Source of the DNA: Actinomycetota bacterium
Lineage (GTDB): Bacteria; Actinomycetota; Actinomycetes; Nanopelagicales; Nanopelagicaceae
Assembly (NCBI GenBank): GCA_947372915.1
Contig: CANBVO010000001.1
Coordinates: forward strand, 13,907 to 77,906
Length of the DNA: 64,000 nt
Reading direction: 5' to 3'
Below are positions 1 through 7,339 of this stretch, one piece after another; within the stretch, counting starts at the first letter, position 1, and the number at the start of each line of letters is the position of its first letter. Under the pieces are notes generated by a model, which worked only from the letters and a program-made list of their open reading frames with translations, was not told where the DNA came from and did not search any database. The position numbers and the translations under genes were made by a program.

Positions 1-2
1 AG

Positions 3-845
3 ACAAGCGACCTAGATATTTACGCAATTGGCGACGCAGCAGAAAAGAAGGATGCCCTTGATGGCGCTTCTACCCTGGTTCCGCTAGCAAACCTAGCTAA
101 CCGTCACGGTCGTACTGTTGCTGATCACATCTGTGGATTGCCGATTCGTGTTGTTCCCACTCAAGGTACAGCGATTGTTAAAGTTTTTGATTTAGCTGTT
201 GCAACTACTGGTTGGAACGAGAAACGACTCAAGGCCGCGGACATTAAGTATTTAGCGATACATACGCACCCAAATTCCCATGCTGGTTACTATCCAGATT
301 CAAAGCAGATGTCTTTGAAGCTGCTTGTAGATCCCAATTCCGGAAAGATTTTTGGAGCACAAGGTGTTGGAACTGATGGTGTTGACAAGCGCATCGACGT
401 GATCGCCACAGCAATGCGTGGCGGAATCACCGCACCAGAATTAGCGGATCTTGAATTAGCTTATGCACCACCATATGGATCAGCAAAGGATCCGGTCAAT
501 ATGTTGGGTTACGTAGCCGAGAACTTGATTTCAGGTTTAACTCAAAGCGTTCAATGGAGCGATATTGATCAAATGCATGAAGATGGTTGGTCAATCGTCG
601 ACGTGCGAAGCGCAGGAGAATTCGCCAACGGAACCATCCCTGGTGCTATCAATATATCGGTGGATGAAATGCGAGAAAAGATTACTGAAGTTCCAACTGG
701 AAAAATAATTGTCACTTGCCAAGTTGGCCAGCGTGGGCACGTTGCCACGACACTGTTACGAAAATTGGGATACGAGGCCGTCAATCTTGATGGCGGGTAT
801 CGCACTTGGAAAAACTCACCTGCATTTAAACCCACTAATAAATAG
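3..845 (+). CDS. CoA-disulfide reductase-family flavoprotein with C-terminal rhodanese domain (5' end outside window)
   Basis: Frame is open from base 3 (TSDLDIYAIGDAAEKK..., the GD region of pyridine-nucleotide disulfide oxidoreductases) and runs into track ORF 138-845. The C-terminal ~100 aa look like a rhodanese domain with active-site loop CQVGQRG (Cys-X5-Arg). Confidence 0.8.
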   Translation, partial: TSDLDIYAIGDAAEKKDALDGASTLVPLANLANRHGRTVADHICGLPIRVVPTQGTAIVKVFDLAVATTGWNEKRLKAADIKYLAIHTHPNSHAGYYPDSKQMSLKLLVDPNSGKIFGAQGVGTDGVDKRIDVIATAMRGGITAPELADLELAYAPPYGSAKDPVNMLGYVAENLISGLTQSVQWSDIDQMHEDGWSIVDVRSAGEFANGTIPGAINISVDEMREKITEVPTGKIIVTCQVGQRGHVATTLLRKLGYEAVNLDGGYRTWKNSPAFKPTNK

Positions 846-860
846 AGAAAAGGAACCACT

Positions 861-1028
861 ATGTGCAGCAGAACAACATGTCGCAAGTGTGGAAAACCAA
901 CCTGGTCAGGTTGTGGCAACCACATTGAAATCGCCCTTAAGGGCGTAGCAAAGAAAGATCGTTGCCAAGGACATCAGAACGACCCCAAGGAACCTGGTCT
1001 ATTTTCACGTCTATTCGGAAAGAAGTAA
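861..1028 (+). CDS. Small Cys-rich protein, 55 aa (paralogue 1), uncharacterised
   Basis: Not in the ORF track (<60 aa). ATG 861, TAA 1026-1028, AAGGA 6 nt upstream. Sequence MCSRTTCRKCGKPTWSGCGNHIEIALKGVAKKDRCQGHQNDPKEPGLFSRLFGKK. It shares the core MCS-x3-C-x-KCGK-x-TWSGCG-x-HIE with the next ORF, and DNA differences in that core are mostly synonymous. Confidence 0.7.
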   Translation: MCSRTTCRKCGKPTWSGCGNHIEIALKGVAKKDRCQGHQNDPKEPGLFSRLFGKK

Positions 1029-1039
1029 GGAGAAAGTAA

Positions 1040-1186
1040 ATGTGTAGTGCAGTTCGATGCGATAAATGCGGTAAGGCAACCTGGTCGGGTTGTGGGCAAC
1101 ATATCGAAGAAGCGCTTTCTCAATTTCCAGAGGATCAGCGTTGTAAATGCGATGAAAATCTTTCTGCCTGGCTCCCAGGTAAGTAG
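1040..1186 (+). CDS. Small Cys-rich protein, 48 aa (paralogue 2), uncharacterised
   Basis: Not in the ORF track. ATG 1040, TAG 1184-1186, strong SD AAGGAG 7 nt upstream. Sequence MCSAVRCDKCGKATWSGCGQHIEEALSQFPEDQRCKCDENLSAWLPGK. It ends 8 nt before the thioredoxin ATG. Confidence 0.7.
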   Translation: MCSAVRCDKCGKATWSGCGQHIEEALSQFPEDQRCKCDENLSAWLPGK

Positions 1187-1194
1187 TTCATTAC

Positions 1195-1569
1195 ATGGCG
1201 ACTATTGATGTAAAGAGCGATGAATTTGAAGCTATCGCCCTTAAAGATGGGATCACTCTCGTCGATTTTTGGGCTGAATGGTGCGGACCATGCAAAATGT
1301 TTGGGCCAATATTCGAAAAAGCTTCCGTTGCTCATCCAGCAATCACTTTTGCAAAAGTAGATACAGAGGCAGAGCGCGAACTAGCAAGTGCTGCGCAAAT
1401 AACTTCAATTCCGACACTAATGGCTTTTCGTGACGGCATTCTTGTATTTCGCCAACCTGGTGCAATGCCAGAAGCTGGACTAAACGATCTCATTACTCAG
1501 ATTGAAGCACTGGATATGGTTGCGATAAAGGCTGAAATTGCGGCGGAAGAAGTTAAGAAAAAGTTGTGA
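1195..1569 (+). CDS. trxA: Thioredoxin
   Basis: 124 aa with the canonical WCGPC active site and a thioredoxin-fold sequence (FWAEWCGPCKMFGP...IPTLMAF). Confidence 0.93.
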   Translation: MATIDVKSDEFEAIALKDGITLVDFWAEWCGPCKMFGPIFEKASVAHPAITFAKVDTEAERELASAAQITSIPTLMAFRDGILVFRQPGAMPEAGLNDLITQIEALDMVAIKAEIAAEEVKKKL

Positions 1570-2339
1570 GCGCCGCACTTAACTGGAAAGAATCTCTTGC
1601 ACTCTGGGCACTTCCTCAAGTAATTGTTGATCAAGCTCCGGAAAACCCTTGGATTCACCCAGTAGCGCTCTTTCAGATTCCCTCAGCGATAACCATGACT
1701 CCATCGCACCAACGTGCGTTGGATGCAATGCCGGTTGGTGGAAGTGTTCTCGACATTGGTTGTGGTGGAGGTATAGCCGCTTTTGCCCTTACTCCACCTG
1801 CTGCGAAAGTGATCGGTGTTGATCATCAACCAGAGATGCTGGAAATGTTTGCCGAAAATGCTCGAACTCGCGGTGTTCAATGCCAAACCATTGAAGGACT
1901 TTGGCCAGAAGTCGCAAGCAAGGCGCAATTTGCCGATGTTGTTACTGCACACCACGTTGTATATAACGTGGGAGATATTGCACCTTTCCTATTGGAAATG
2001 CAGAACCATGCAAATAAACGTGTTGTTATCGAAATGCCAACTCGCCACCCTCTAAATAACATGGCCGATATGTGGAAACATTTTTGGAATTTAGATCGCC
2101 CTTTAACGCCGACTCCGCACAATTTGCTCGAAGTACTTACCGAATTAGGCATTACTGCGGATATTGAAATTTGGAGCGGAGAGATGCGCGCAGAAACAAA
2201 TCTTGAACAAGAGGCACGCTTCAACAGGATTCGACTCTGCTTGCCTGAATCTCGCGAAGAAGAAGTACGTCAATTCTTAAAGGATAATCCGCGCGTACAG
2301 ACTCGCGAGCTTGCAACAATTTGGTGGGATAAAAAGTGA
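1566..2339 (+). CDS. Class I SAM-dependent methyltransferase
   Basis: 257 aa with SAM motif I VLDIGCGGGIAAF. 4-nt overlap with trx stop (GTGA) suggests translational coupling. Confidence 0.75.
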   Translation: MSAALNWKESLALWALPQVIVDQAPENPWIHPVALFQIPSAITMTPSHQRALDAMPVGGSVLDIGCGGGIAAFALTPPAAKVIGVDHQPEMLEMFAENARTRGVQCQTIEGLWPEVASKAQFADVVTAHHVVYNVGDIAPFLLEMQNHANKRVVIEMPTRHPLNNMADMWKHFWNLDRPLTPTPHNLLEVLTELGITADIEIWSGEMRAETNLEQEARFNRIRLCLPESREEEVRQFLKDNPRVQTRELATIWWDKK

Positions 2340-2839
2340 ATGTGTCAGAAGTTTCCCCTTCTGCACGAAAATCTATTGCAAATACTCTGGTGGCGATTCA
2401 GTTCGCCTCTTTGACACTTCTTGCCATTGGAACACTTCTACAATTTCCAAATTCAAAATTTGAATATCTTTGGTTTGAGGTTGCTCTAATTGCGTTAGGC
2501 ATTGCAGTTATTCTCTTCGCAGCCAGAGTGCTTAAACCATCGCTGAGGGTCTCTCCAATCCCAAAGCCTAATTCACCATTCATCGCCACAGGGATCTATA
2601 AATACGTTAGGCATCCCATGTATTTAGGTGTAATCCTTATCGGCTTCGGATTAGCAGGATTGGCCGATTCTCCATACTTTTGGATCGTTGAATTAATTCT
2701 GATTATCAATCTCAATATCAAAGCAAGATTTGAAGAAACTTTACTCCTAGAAATTCATCCGGATGCTTGGCACTACCAGCGCCATACTTCGCGAATCCTT
2801 CCGTGCCTCGGGAGCTCTTGCCGCAATACCTGCCTCTAA
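2336..2839 (+). CDS. Membrane methyltransferase of the isoprenylcysteine carboxyl methyltransferase (ICMT/PEMT-like) family
   Basis: 167 aa with several hydrophobic helices and the family motifs GIYKYVRHPMYLG and EETLL. 4-nt overlap with the upstream methyltransferase. Confidence 0.7.
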   Translation: MNVSEVSPSARKSIANTLVAIQFASLTLLAIGTLLQFPNSKFEYLWFEVALIALGIAVILFAARVLKPSLRVSPIPKPNSPFIATGIYKYVRHPMYLGVILIGFGLAGLADSPYFWIVELILIINLNIKARFEETLLLEIHPDAWHYQRHTSRILPCLGSSCRNTCL

Positions 2840-2889
2840 AGCGAGATGGCGCGATGAGTAAATTTCCCTGTAAACTCTCCCCACCACTT

Positions 2890-2981
2890 GGAGACGTCGC
2901 ATAGCCCGGTCGAGTGCGCCTCACTGCTAACGAGGTAAGGGGTAAAACCCTTCAAGAGTTCAAATCTCTTCGTCTCCGCCA
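2890..2981 (+). tRNA. tRNA-Ser (anticodon GCU), CCA encoded
   Basis: Acceptor GGAGACG/CGTCTCC, anticodon loop CTGCTAA, long variable arm (AAGGG..CCCTT), T-arm AAGAG-TTCAAAT-CTCTT, then G-CCA. One A/C mismatch closes the anticodon stem. Confidence 0.88.
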
Positions 2982-3011
2982 GTTTTACTACCCAAAGCGT
3001 CGGGAGAAATA

Positions 3012-4331
3012 GTGCCTCAATACAAAATTGCAATCGTCGGTGCTGGTCCCGCAGGTTATTTCACCGCTCAAGCGTTACAGAACTCTCAAACTGAAGAGCT
3101 GAGCTTTGCCATCGACATGATTGAGCGCCTACCGACTCCATGGGGTTTAGTTCGCTCCGGAGTCGCACCTGATCATCCAAAAATTAAGACAGTCTCCAAG
3201 GTATTCGAGAAGGTCGCAGCTGAGCCAGGTTTTAGATTATTTGGCAACGTTGAACTCGGTAAAGATATTGCGCTTAAAGATTTAACTGATAGATATGACG
3301 CAGTAGTTATGTGTACCGGATCATCGGTGGGAAAGAAGCTTGGCATCCCTGGTGAAGATCTAGCTAATTCCATTTCAGCTGCAGAATTTGTCCCTTGGTA
3401 TAACGGCCACCCCGATTATTCTCAGTTAGATATTGATTTATCCGGCACGGTAGCCGTAGTTATCGGCGCAGGAAACGTTGCTATGGATTGTGCGCGCATG
3501 CTTGCACTCAACCCAATCGAACTTGATACAACCGATACCGCAGATCACGCAGTTAATGCTCTGCACGCAAGTTCAATTCGCAAGGTCTATATCGCGGGCC
3601 GCCGCGGGCCAGAACACGCAGCATTTACTAGCCCCGAACTTCGCGAGCTTCCAAAGCTTGAGCACACCGATGTCTATTTTGATTCTGACCTAATTGAAGA
3701 TGCGCATAAGCGTGCAATTTCGCAAGCTGAATTTGGTGAACTCGAAAAGCATTTAGCGAGCAATCTTGAAGCAATGCGTTTAATTGCCAAACACCCTCAT
3801 GCGGGTAATGAGCGCTCTATGGAGTTCAAGTTTTTATCAACGCCCAAGGAAATTCGCGGCGAAGGTAAAGTGGAGGAAATCATCTTTGGCATTAACAAGA
3901 TTGAAGATGGCAAGGCAATCGATACTGGCGAGACCTACTCAATCAAGTGCGATTTAGTCATTTCTGCAATTGGTTACGAAGCCCTTCCCATCGAGGGCGT
4001 AGCGCTTAATAAAGGCAAAATTGATAACAACGAAGGTCGTGTTGCAGGAACCAATATCTACACAGTGGGTTGGGCCAAGCGCGGACCATCCGGTGTAATC
4101 GGCACTAATAAGAGCGATGCATCAGACGTAGTTAAATTAATTGTGGAGGATTTAAAGTCGCCAAAGTCAGCACGTGATATCACTGAACTAATTCCGGCAG
4201 GTCATCACATCGTGGACCAATCTGAATGGCAACGCATTAATTCAGCAGAGGTTTTAGCCGGAGAGCCACTCGGAAAACCGCGCGTGAAGGCCACTTCTAT
4301 CGCTCAATTACTGAGTTTGGGGCAGGGATAA
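3012..4331 (+). CDS. fprA: NADPH:ferredoxin (adrenodoxin-type) reductase, FprA-like
   Basis: 439 aa, GTG start. IAIVGAGPAGYF dinucleotide motif and LPTPWGLVRSGVAPDHPKIK, GWAKRGPSGVIGTNK, GEPLGKPRVK blocks typical of mycobacterial FprA-type reductases. Confidence 0.85.
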   Translation: MPQYKIAIVGAGPAGYFTAQALQNSQTEELSFAIDMIERLPTPWGLVRSGVAPDHPKIKTVSKVFEKVAAEPGFRLFGNVELGKDIALKDLTDRYDAVVMCTGSSVGKKLGIPGEDLANSISAAEFVPWYNGHPDYSQLDIDLSGTVAVVIGAGNVAMDCARMLALNPIELDTTDTADHAVNALHASSIRKVYIAGRRGPEHAAFTSPELRELPKLEHTDVYFDSDLIEDAHKRAISQAEFGELEKHLASNLEAMRLIAKHPHAGNERSMEFKFLSTPKEIRGEGKVEEIIFGINKIEDGKAIDTGETYSIKCDLVISAIGYEALPIEGVALNKGKIDNNEGRVAGTNIYTVGWAKRGPSGVIGTNKSDASDVVKLIVEDLKSPKSARDITELIPAGHHIVDQSEWQRINSAEVLAGEPLGKPRVKATSIAQLLSLGQG

Positions 4332-4365
4332 TCAGCAGGTAGGATTGCCCAGCACTACACAGAAC

Positions 4366-4438
4366 GCGCCTGTAGCTCAACGGATAGAGCATCTGACTAC
4401 GGATCAGAAGGTTAGGGGTTCGAATCCCTTCAGGCGCA
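4366..4438 (+). tRNA. tRNA-Arg (anticodon ACG)
   Basis: Acceptor GCGCCTG/CAGGCGC, D-arm TAGCTCAACGGATAGAGC, anticodon arm TCTGA-CTACGGA-TCAGA, T-arm AGGGG-TTCGAAT-CCCTT. CCA is not encoded. Confidence 0.9.
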
Positions 4439-4471
4439 CTTAGCTTTAGAAAAGATTACAAACCAAATGAG

Positions 4472-4506
4472 ATAGGCCTCTGGATATTACTCCGGAGGCC
4501 TATTTT
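4472..4506 (+). terminator. Rho-independent terminator after tRNA-Arg
   Basis: 13-bp stem ATAGGCCTCTGGA / TCCGGAGGCCTAT (one G-U), 6-nt loop, followed by TTTT. Confidence 0.75.
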
Positions 4507-4522
4507 CCCTTTGACGAAAGGA
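4507..4522 (+). repeat. Copy of the anticodon-arm sequence of the downstream tRNA-like gene (CCCTTTGACGAAAGGA)
   Basis: 15/16 identical to 4643-4658 (CCCTATGACGAAAGGA). Both copies are preceded by T. The first copy sits directly after the tRNA-Arg terminator. Confidence 0.6.
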
Positions 4523-4615
4523 TTTAAATCGTAGCATTTTCCACACCATTGATGAGTTCACAATTTCTTCTTTTGACTGCTTTGAATTGCGAGAGCTGAT
4601 TTAGTTTTCTTCCAT

Positions 4616-4688
4616 ACGGCTATAGCTCAGCGGATAGAGCATCCCTATGACGAAAGGAAGGTGGTGAGTTCGACTCTCACTAGTCGTA
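4616..4688 (+). tRNA. tRNA-like gene, best read as tRNA-Val (anticodon GAC), atypical
   Basis: Good cloverleaf: acceptor ACGGCTA/TAGTCGT (A1-U72, one G-U), D-arm TAGCTCAGCGGATAGAGC, T-arm GTGAG-TTCGACT-CTCAC. The anticodon arm TCCCT-ATGACGA-AAGGA is unusual: C-A mismatch in the stem, A32 and G37. No CCA encoded. Confidence 0.6.
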
Positions 4689-4699
4689 TGGACGTAGAG

Positions 4700-4730
4700 T
4701 GGTTCCTGTTCGTCAGCAGGGACCATTTCT
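4700..4730 (+). terminator. Probable terminator hairpin after the tRNA-like gene
   Basis: TGGTTCCTG ... CAGGGACCA (9 bp, one G-U) followed by TTTCT. Confidence 0.5.
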
Positions 4731-4761
4731 ACAATTTAGTTATACAGATTAAGATTGCCCA

Positions 4762-5700
4762 ATGCCCGCAAATAGCTCAGAAATCGTCATTGAAGCCACC
4801 AATCTCAAGAAGGTCTACGGAGATTTTGTTGCAGTTAATGGAATCAACTTCAAAGTAACCAAGGGTGAATCCTTTGGCTTGTTGGGCCCAAATGGTGCTG
4901 GCAAGTCCACAACAATGCGGATGATCTCTGCGACCCTCACCCGCAGTGAAGGCGATTTAAAAATTCTTGGTCTCGATCCAGTGACAAAAGCGCCGCAAAT
5001 TCGCGCGCACCTAGGAGTTATTCCTCAACAAGATCATTTGGATAACGAGCTCACTGTTGCCGAGAACTTATACATTTACGGCCGCTACTTCGGCCTCTCT
5101 CGTGCATACCTAAAACCAAAGGTGGAAGAGCTCTTAGAGTTCGCCCAATTAGTAGAGAAGCGGAACGAAAAAGTAGAAGCACTCTCAGGCGGAATGAAGC
5201 GCCGTTTAACAATTGCCCGCGGCCTGATTAATCAGCCAGAGATCTTGATGCTCGATGAGCCAACAACCGGACTTGATCCTCAAGCACGTCACATTTTGTG
5301 GGATCGCCTCTTTAGATTGAAAGAAGAAGGCGTTACTTTAATTTTGACTACTCACTACATGGATGAGGCCGAACAGCTCTGCGATCGCATCGTAGTAATG
5401 GATAACGGCACCATCATGGCCGAGGGTTCTCCGGCCGGACTGATTGCAGAATATTCCTCTAAAGAAGTTCTCGAACTTCGCTTTGGTTCTAATAAGAATA
5501 TCGAGGCGGCAAAGGCGCTTGAAGGCTATGGCGATCGCTTAGAAATTCTGCCTGACCGAATTCTGCTTTATTGCAATGATGCCGAGGCAGTCCTCGAAAA
5601 GGTAAACCACGACGGCATGAAGCCACTGACTTCGCTCGTTCGCCGCAGCTCGCTCGAAGATGTCTTCTTGCGCCTGACCGGACGCACACTGGTTGAATAA
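4762..5700 (+). CDS. ABC transporter ATP-binding protein (DrrA/NodI-like, ABC-2 exporter type)
   Basis: 312 aa with Walker A GPNGAGKST, signature LSGGMKRRL and Walker B LMLDEPTTGLD. Confidence 0.9.
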   Translation: MPANSSEIVIEATNLKKVYGDFVAVNGINFKVTKGESFGLLGPNGAGKSTTMRMISATLTRSEGDLKILGLDPVTKAPQIRAHLGVIPQQDHLDNELTVAENLYIYGRYFGLSRAYLKPKVEELLEFAQLVEKRNEKVEALSGGMKRRLTIARGLINQPEILMLDEPTTGLDPQARHILWDRLFRLKEEGVTLILTTHYMDEAEQLCDRIVVMDNGTIMAEGSPAGLIAEYSSKEVLELRFGSNKNIEAAKALEGYGDRLEILPDRILLYCNDAEAVLEKVNHDGMKPLTSLVRRSSLEDVFLRLTGRTLVE

Positions 5701-6500
5701 TGAGCACTATTAACCGCACAGTAAGTCGGTGGACGGTCTTACATGCCGTCGAGCATCGCCTACTGATTCAAAAGAAGTGGTTTAAATCGATTCTTCTCTT
5801 TGGAATCGGCAATCCGACGCTCTACTTGCTTTCGATTGGCCTTGGCATCGGATCACTCGTCGATGCAAATACAACCGGCGTTGATGGCGTTAAGTATCTG
5901 ACTTTCCTAGCACCAGCGCTCCTTGCTAACGCAGCAATTCAATCAGCAATGACTGAGACGATGTTTCCGGCCATGGCCGGATTTATTTGGGCAAAGACTT
6001 TCTTTGGAATTAGATCTACACCAATCTCCGGTAAGGGAATTGCTTCCGGAATCTGGATTTCTGCAATCTTGCAGGTCGCTTTTACAACCGGTATTTACTG
6101 GATCATTCTCTGGCTCTTTGGAGCTATGGATCATGCAGGCTCCTGGTTATCCCTGCTCACCGCTATTTATGGTGGTCTTGCGGTTGGTGCAGTCATGCTC
6201 TTTGTTGCTTCACTCATCGATCACGACGATGGATTCCTTGCAATCGTCAATCGCTTTGTCATGATGCCCATGTTTCTCTTCTCCGGAACTTTCTATCCAC
6301 TGACAACACTTCCTCTCTATGTGCGGTGGATTGGTTGGGTCTCGCCACTCTGGCACTCAACCGAACTTGGTCGTTGGGCAAGTTACGGGCATTCCATCCC
6401 CGGCACAATTGCCATAATTCACATTGCTTACTTAGGACTCTGGATTGGTCTCGGTCTCTACTTTGCACGCCGCCGCTTTAATCAAAGGCTGGCCAAATAA
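5700..6500 (+). CDS. ABC-2 type transporter permease (first of two)
   Basis: 266 aa, about 6 hydrophobic helices. 1-nt TAATG overlap with the ATPase gene. Confidence 0.8.
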   Translation: MSTINRTVSRWTVLHAVEHRLLIQKKWFKSILLFGIGNPTLYLLSIGLGIGSLVDANTTGVDGVKYLTFLAPALLANAAIQSAMTETMFPAMAGFIWAKTFFGIRSTPISGKGIASGIWISAILQVAFTTGIYWIILWLFGAMDHAGSWLSLLTAIYGGLAVGAVMLFVASLIDHDDGFLAIVNRFVMMPMFLFSGTFYPLTTLPLYVRWIGWVSPLWHSTELGRWASYGHSIPGTIAIIHIAYLGLWIGLGLYFARRRFNQRLAK

Positions 6501-7339
6501 TGATTCTCAATGCAGCCGTAGATTCAGCTATCGCAATCGCAGAACGCCGTATCGGCAAACCTGGCGAGCAAGTTTTTGCTGGACGTCCCTATGTAATGAT
6601 TCAGCGTTCCTTCTTAGCCTTTAAGAGATCTGCCTGGTTCGTAATCCTCTCTGGCTTTGTGGAGCCCGTCTTCTATCTTGCCTCTTTTGGTTATGGCCTC
6701 AGCAAACTCGTCGGAAATATGTCAGCAGCCGGCCATCCGATTTCATATGCAGCATTTATCGCACCCGGGCTTCTCGCAACAAGTGCGATGAATGGTGCAA
6801 TTTATGACTCAACTTGGAACGTCTTTTTCAAGATGCACCATGGCAAGGTCTATAACGCAATGCTTGCAACTTCACTTGGACCGCTAGATGTTGCCATTGG
6901 TGAGATTGGCTGGGCGTTACTTCGCGGATTTACCTATGCAGTTGGATTCATGATTGTTGTAACGCCATTTGGGCTAATTCCTAGCTGGTGGGGGATTCTT
7001 GCAATACCTGCCGCGGTATTAATTGCCTTCGGTTTTGCCTCGGTTGGAATGGGAATTACTTCCTATCTCAAGGACTTCCAGCAGATGGAATGGATTAACT
7101 TCTTCATGCTTCCGATGTTCTTGTTCTCCGGAACGCTCTATTCAATTTCAGCTTTTCCCAGAGCTCTTCAACTAATCATTGAAGCACTTCCGCTTTCACA
7201 AGCTATTGGCTTGGTTCGAGATCTCACACTGGGACAGGTTCATCCAGGCACGCTATGGCACGTTCTCTATTTCGTGGTCATGATTGTGGCGGGCTTGATA
7301 TTTACTACGCGCCGTCTGCAGAATCTTTTTCAGAAATAA
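6500..7339 (+). CDS. ABC-2 type transporter permease (second of two)
   Basis: 279 aa polytopic membrane protein. 1-nt overlap with the preceding permease. The ATPase plus two permeases layout resembles actinobacterial ABC-2 efflux systems. Confidence 0.8.
   Translation: MILNAAVDSAIAIAERRIGKPGEQVFAGRPYVMIQRSFLAFKRSAWFVILSGFVEPVFYLASFGYGLSKLVGNMSAAGHPISYAAFIAPGLLATSAMNGAIYDSTWNVFFKMHHGKVYNAMLATSLGPLDVAIGEIGWALLRGFTYAVGFMIVVTPFGLIPSWWGILAIPAAVLIAFGFASVGMGITSYLKDFQQMEWINFFMLPMFLFSGTLYSISAFPRALQLIIEALPLSQAIGLVRDLTLGQVHPGTLWHVLYFVVMIVAGLIFTTRRLQNLFQK

Noticed and set aside
4661-4858. 65-aa ORF spanning the tRNA-like gene and the start of the ABC ATPase gene
   Set aside because: It overlaps a structured tRNA and its terminator, and it runs in a different frame of the well-supported ABC ATPase gene.
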